From assembly GCA_039795895.1 (NCBI GenBank), contig JBDKKW010000011.1:1-27021 (forward strand): 27,021 nt of DNA, given 5' to 3'. Position 1 is the first letter of the stretch. Each line of letters opens with the position of its first letter. The notes beneath the pieces were generated by a model that saw nothing but the letters and a program-made list of their open reading frames with translations, did no database searches and was not told where the DNA came from. The DNA is from Candidatus Parcubacteria bacterium (GTDB lineage: Bacteria; Patescibacteriota; Minisyncoccia; Phycocordibacterales; JBAYGS01). Below, piece after piece: positions 23,382-27,021 of this stretch. A program made the translations under genes and the position numbers.

Positions 23382-26300
23382 TTACTGACTCGTAGTAGTT
23401 GCTGTGGTGGAGCTAGCTATCTCTCCCCCAGTATCACTCGATGGGGTGACAGGACTACTTATCACAGAGACTGTGCGGGTAGAGGTGGCAGTATTTCCAG
23501 CAGTATCAGTCGCGACATAGGTCACTGTATGATCCCCTACTACTGACGTATCTATTTGATCACCAAATACGTGCACACCAAGATTAGTATCATGGTTGTC
23601 GGCTACAGTCGCTCCAGGATCAACATAAGTTGCTCCCACTAAAATCTGTGCGGGATTATTGCCGAGAATAGTGATAACTGGTGACTCGGTATCGGCCACC
23701 GAAGACGTCGCGTTTGTGCCTGATGTAGAGACAGTAGCTCCGGCATTTTTGATCAACGCCTTCAATCCCTCTTTATCAATACAAACGTCATCAACACACA
23801 ACTTATCCTCAATATGTAGCGTCTGAATAAACACTTCTTTAAAGCGAGCTACCGTATCAGACAAAGCGATGCCTAGTGACTGAAACGCTGAAATGATATT
23901 TGCTGTAAGACTACTCGAAGAAGTTGAGCTCGCCTGTCGCATAAGCTCTGCGATTTCTACTTGTTGTTCCTGAATCGCTTTTGCGAGCACGGCAGTCATT
24001 TCTCCGTATCGCACACCGTGCGGAGTGGTCGAAGCCGGCTCAAACACCGCAAGTCTCGGCTCAAGTGCGGCAACTTCTTCGGCAATAAAGCCTACGTGTG
24101 GTGAATTATCATTATTAAAAGTGAAACTCACTGGTCGAAGTGCATTCACCAAAGTAAGTCCCTGGGCACTGCTGAGCGTCTGAATATCATGCTTGAAGCG
24201 CTGAGATGATGCTGTACAATCGGTACCTCCTCCGTCATACAATACTCCACCTTGAATACACACCGCATTCGCCGAGCCCATCACACCCGAAAGTCCTGAA
24301 AAAGTAATTGAGCCTGAAGAAGTAATACCGGTTGCACCCGTAATCGTACCGCTGTTTACCGAGAAGGTGCCGTCGGTCAATGTACCTCCTTGAATAGTAC
24401 TCATCGCAGTAATTCCACCAGTTGAGACCGAGAGATTACCTGAACCAATATGAATCTCACCATTTACATCAAGTGGGTAACCAGGCGAGTTGGTGCCGAT
24501 ACCAAGACGTTTACTGGTATTGTCCCAGTAAAAGTTGGTGTTGTCTTGTGCGAGATTACCACTATCGACAAAGAGTACCGATCCTCCACTTGCACTTCCT
24601 ATCGGATCACCAATTGCAGAAATCCCTCCTCCGCCGCCACCACCGCCAGTGATACACGCACCATTCACCGCAAAACATCCGGAGGTGAGATTGATACCAC
24701 CGGTGCTTGAGAAAGTTGAAGTCGCGGTACTGAAATTAATACCATTCGTGTTACCGATAGAAAGCAGTGATCCCGGAGTACTTGTTCCGATACCGACGTT
24801 ATCGTCTGCTATTACCATTTCAGTCCCCGAATTATTTTGGAAATACATACTGGCTCCCTTGAAATAGGTATTTCTACTACCTTGATCGTAATTAAAATAC
24901 AAATCGCCACCCGAACCGGAATCAAACACAAAATTTCCAGTACTATCAATCCTTGCAACAGGCGAAGTTGTATCAACCCAAGCCGGAATCGAACCACCAA
25001 ATGCCACAGCATACCCTTTTGAATCTAAACTGACCATCTTTAGACCAAGTGTAGCGGATGAACCGTCTAGTTCCAACTTAACATCTGGTGTTGTGGTCCC
25101 AATTCCGACATATCCTGAAGATGACTGCACCACAAAACTTCCCGGACCAGCGATTCCTCCAGCGAACGTTGAGGTTGCCTCACTACTAGTAGCCGTAAAA
25201 TACGATCCGATAATACTGTTACCTAAAATATCACCTGCGACCGACAGCATTTGACCAGGAGAACTGGTGCCCACACCCACAGCCCCACTAGTGGTGAGTG
25301 TGCCCACATTGGTCAAATCATACACCGCTTCGGACCCTGAGGTGTTTCGATTAGCAAATGTGAGCCAGCTGTTTGATGCTTTGTTGAGCAGAGTTAATCC
25401 GCCACGAGCATAGAGATTTCCGGTCAAATCGAGATTATTACCCACATTGAGCTGATCCCCTACATTCAAGATACCGTCGGTTTTGATATTACCAGACGCC
25501 AAACGATAGATGTTTGCCAAAGGATCACCGCCAAAAGTAATTCCATTCGCCGATCCGGTCCCCCCAAGTGACAACAAGGTCGATGGAGTGGTGGTGCCGA
25601 TGCCGACCTTACCCGCAACTGATACGAGATACACATTGTCATTGGTGTTATCCATCACCAACGGGAAATTCGTACTCGCTCCATTATAAAACGCAAAATT
25701 TCCAGAACCAATAGCATAGTTGGTACTGCCCCCAATCATAAAGTCCCACACGTTTGCCACCGATGTGTTTTTAATCTGGAAACCAGACTGCCACGTGTCA
25801 TCCGACGAGAATGAAGCCACGAGGTCTCCTGAATTTGTTCCCGGGGTACTCTGAATGTCGAGCTTGGCAAGAGGATTGGTAGTGCCAATACCCACATTTG
25901 TGCCGTTGTCATAGACCGTTCCATTTATAAAACGTGATCCATCCCATCGTGGCACCTGATTGAGAGCGAGCGATGAGACAGTCGACGAGCCGAGCAGTCC
26001 AAGTGTCGATGTGGACATCAGTGCATACCCACCAAGATCGGTACCGACAAGTAGCTGACCGTATGCAGGAAGTGTAGTGAGTCCGGTACCACCACTTTCA
26101 ATACCCAGCGCACTACCTAAGGCCAAGGTGTCTGCTCGTAGCACCGTTGCAAAGAGTGTAGTTGAGGTAGCGTTGGTGGTAGTACTGTTGAACGCGGTAA
26201 CATCCTGGAGAGTCGATGAGCCCATCGTAAGTAAATTGCCAAATGAACCGCGACCCGAAACTAGTATATTTCCCGTTGCTTCAAAAATCGCATCTGAAGT

Positions 26301-27021
26301 GGTGGTTGCATTTCCACCCAAGATAAAGACGCTGGCGGTGTCGGTCGGATAGATAGCCAAACTATCGGTGGTGGTAGAAAATGATCCTGAACCACCACCG
26401 CCTCCTGCAATATCTGGTGCCCATGCTGGCACACCACCAACCAATTTCAACACCAATCCATTGGTTGAGATCGGAAGACGAGCGAGAGAGTTGTCGGCGT
26501 TTGCATACAGGATATCTCCCCTCGTGTAATTCGTCTGACCGGTACCACCATACACAACAGCGAGACTTGAAGTTGCCGAAATCACCCCATCAACAGCCTG
26601 CAATGGTCCGGTCACTGTACCCAAAAGAATATTGGTCGCAAAAAGTGACTCAGTGCTGATCGCCGTAGTCGATGCATATGGGAAAATACTCGCAACATCA
26701 GTCGATGTGGCGGTGAAGTATGATGCAACCAGATGATCTTGTGCCACAATAGTACCCGCCACATCGAGTGTCTGAGATGGTGCCGTAGTATTAATCCCAA
26801 AATTTCCACCAGAATAATAACTATCCCCGGTGCCAAAATTGATACTCAAGCGAACCGCATTACCACTATTTGAATCACGAATCTGAAACGCACGAGAGCC
26901 CGTAGAAGCACCGTTGAGGTTGATATTTTCTCCACCGAGCGAATCTTGGCCAAGGTACCAATTAGCATCTCCACTTCCCCGAAGGAAGATCTTTTTATTA
27001 AATGCGAGCGCCACATCACCA
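23382..27021 (-). CDS. Giant Gly/Thr/Ser-rich fibre-like surface protein, N-terminus outside the window. Contains a peptidase-S74 intramolecular-chaperone auto-processing domain (about 23940-24210) followed by a C-terminal DUF5011/Ig-like domain (about 23460-23690)
   Basis: Open frame of more than 1210 aa running to the window edge. Recurrent (N/Y)VGIGT(T/S)(T/N/S)P motifs typical of tail-fibre-like beta-structured repeat proteins. A G8 run. S74-like domain: SSQRFKHDIQTLSSAQGLTLVNALRPVSFTFNNDNSPHVGFIAEEVAALEPRLAVF...GVRYGEMTAVLAKAIQEQQVEIAEL. DUF5011-like domain: PVITILGNNPAQILVGATYVDPGATVADNHDTNLGVHVFGDQIDTSVVGDHTVTYVATDTAGNTATSTRTV. Confidence 0.7.
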   Translation of the reverse strand, partial: GDVALAFNKKIFLRGSGDANWYLGQDSLGGENINLNGASTGSRAFQIRDSNSGNAVRLSINFGTGDSYYSGGNFGINTTAPSQTLDVAGTIVAQDHLVASYFTATSTDVASIFPYASTTAISTESLFATNILLGTVTGPLQAVDGVISATSSLAVVYGGTGQTNYTRGDILYANADNSLARLPISTNGLVLKLVGGVPAWAPDIAGGGGGSGSFSTTTDSLAIYPTDTASVFILGGNATTTSDAIFEATGNILVSGRGSFGNLLTMGSSTLQDVTAFNSTTTNATSTTLFATVLRADTLALGSALGIESGGTGLTTLPAYGQLLVGTDLGGYALMSTSTLGLLGSSTVSSLALNQVPRWDGSRFINGTVYDNGTNVGIGTTNPLAKLDIQSTPGTNSGDLVASFSSDDTWQSGFQIKNTSVANVWDFMIGGSTNYAIGSGNFAFYNGASTNFPLVMDNTNDNVYLVSVAGKVGIGTTTPSTLLSLGGTGSANGITFGGDPLANIYRLASGNIKTDGILNVGDQLNVGNNLDLTGNLYARGGLTLLNKASNSWLTFANRNTSGSEAVYDLTNVGTLTTSGAVGVGTSSPGQMLSVAGDILGNSIIGSYFTATSSEATSTFAGGIAGPGSFVVQSSSGYVGIGTTTPDVKLELDGSSATLGLKMVSLDSKGYAVAFGGSIPAWVDTTSPVARIDSTGNFVFDSGSGGDLYFNYDQGSRNTYFKGASMYFQNNSGTEMVIADDNVGIGTSTPGSLLSIGNTNGINFSTATSTFSSTGGINLTSGCFAVNGACITGGGGGGGGISAIGDPIGSASGGSVLFVDSGNLAQDNTNFYWDNTSKRLGIGTNSPGYPLDVNGEIHIGSGNLSVSTGGITAMSTIQGGTLTDGTFSVNSGTITGATGITSSGSITFSGLSGVMGSANAVCIQGGVLYDGGGTDCTASSQRFKHDIQTLSSAQGLTLVNALRPVSFTFNNDNSPHVGFIAEEVAALEPRLAVFEPASTTPHGVRYGEMTAVLAKAIQEQQVEIAELMRQASSTSSSSLTANIISAFQSLGIALSDTVARFKEVFIQTLHIEDKLCVDDVCIDKEGLKALIKNAGATVSTSGTNATSSVADTESPVITILGNNPAQILVGATYVDPGATVADNHDTNLGVHVFGDQIDTSVVGDHTVTYVATDTAGNTATSTRTVSVISSPVTPSSDTGGEIASSTTATTTSQ

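Noticed and set aside
1-27021. CRISPR arrays, rRNA and tRNA genes
   Set aside because: No regularly spaced direct repeats with unique spacers. No rRNA-like conserved stretches. No credible cloverleaf candidates in any intergenic region.

Overview
All confident genes in this window are on the minus strand, and the gene content looks like a small-genome bacterium. The core is the conserved str/S10 ribosomal-protein neighbourhood, read from high to low coordinates: rpsL, rpsG, fusA, tuf, rpsJ, rplC, rplD, rplW, rplB. That neighbourhood is cut into separate transcription units by hairpin terminators and interrupted by accessory genes.

The most striking insert sits between rpsG and fusA. It carries an 856-aa full-length homologue of the eukaryotic major vault protein (MVP), with its own sigma70-like promoter and its own terminator. 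Immediately downstream are two tandem paralogous proteins of unknown function, each with its own terminator, and then a TMBIM/Bax-inhibitor-1-like membrane protein and a family-1 uracil-DNA glycosylase.

Other accessory content:
- A type IV pilin gene preceded by a 1076-aa secreted repeat protein; this cassette is flanked by inverted copies of a 32-bp palindromic hairpin.
- A translationally coupled pair: a small protein plus a retropepsin-like aspartic protease.
- An HtrA-like S1 serine protease with a small secreted partner.
- A more than 1200-aa Gly/Thr-rich fibre-like protein, partial at the window edge, containing a peptidase-S74 intramolecular-chaperone domain followed by a C-terminal DUF5011/Ig-like domain.

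Several r-proteins (S10, L23, L4) carry Lys/Ala-rich extensions. A 'TTGCAAGAAAAA + GC-hairpin' terminator module recurs three to four times in the vault-like island. No rRNA, tRNA or CRISPR array was found.
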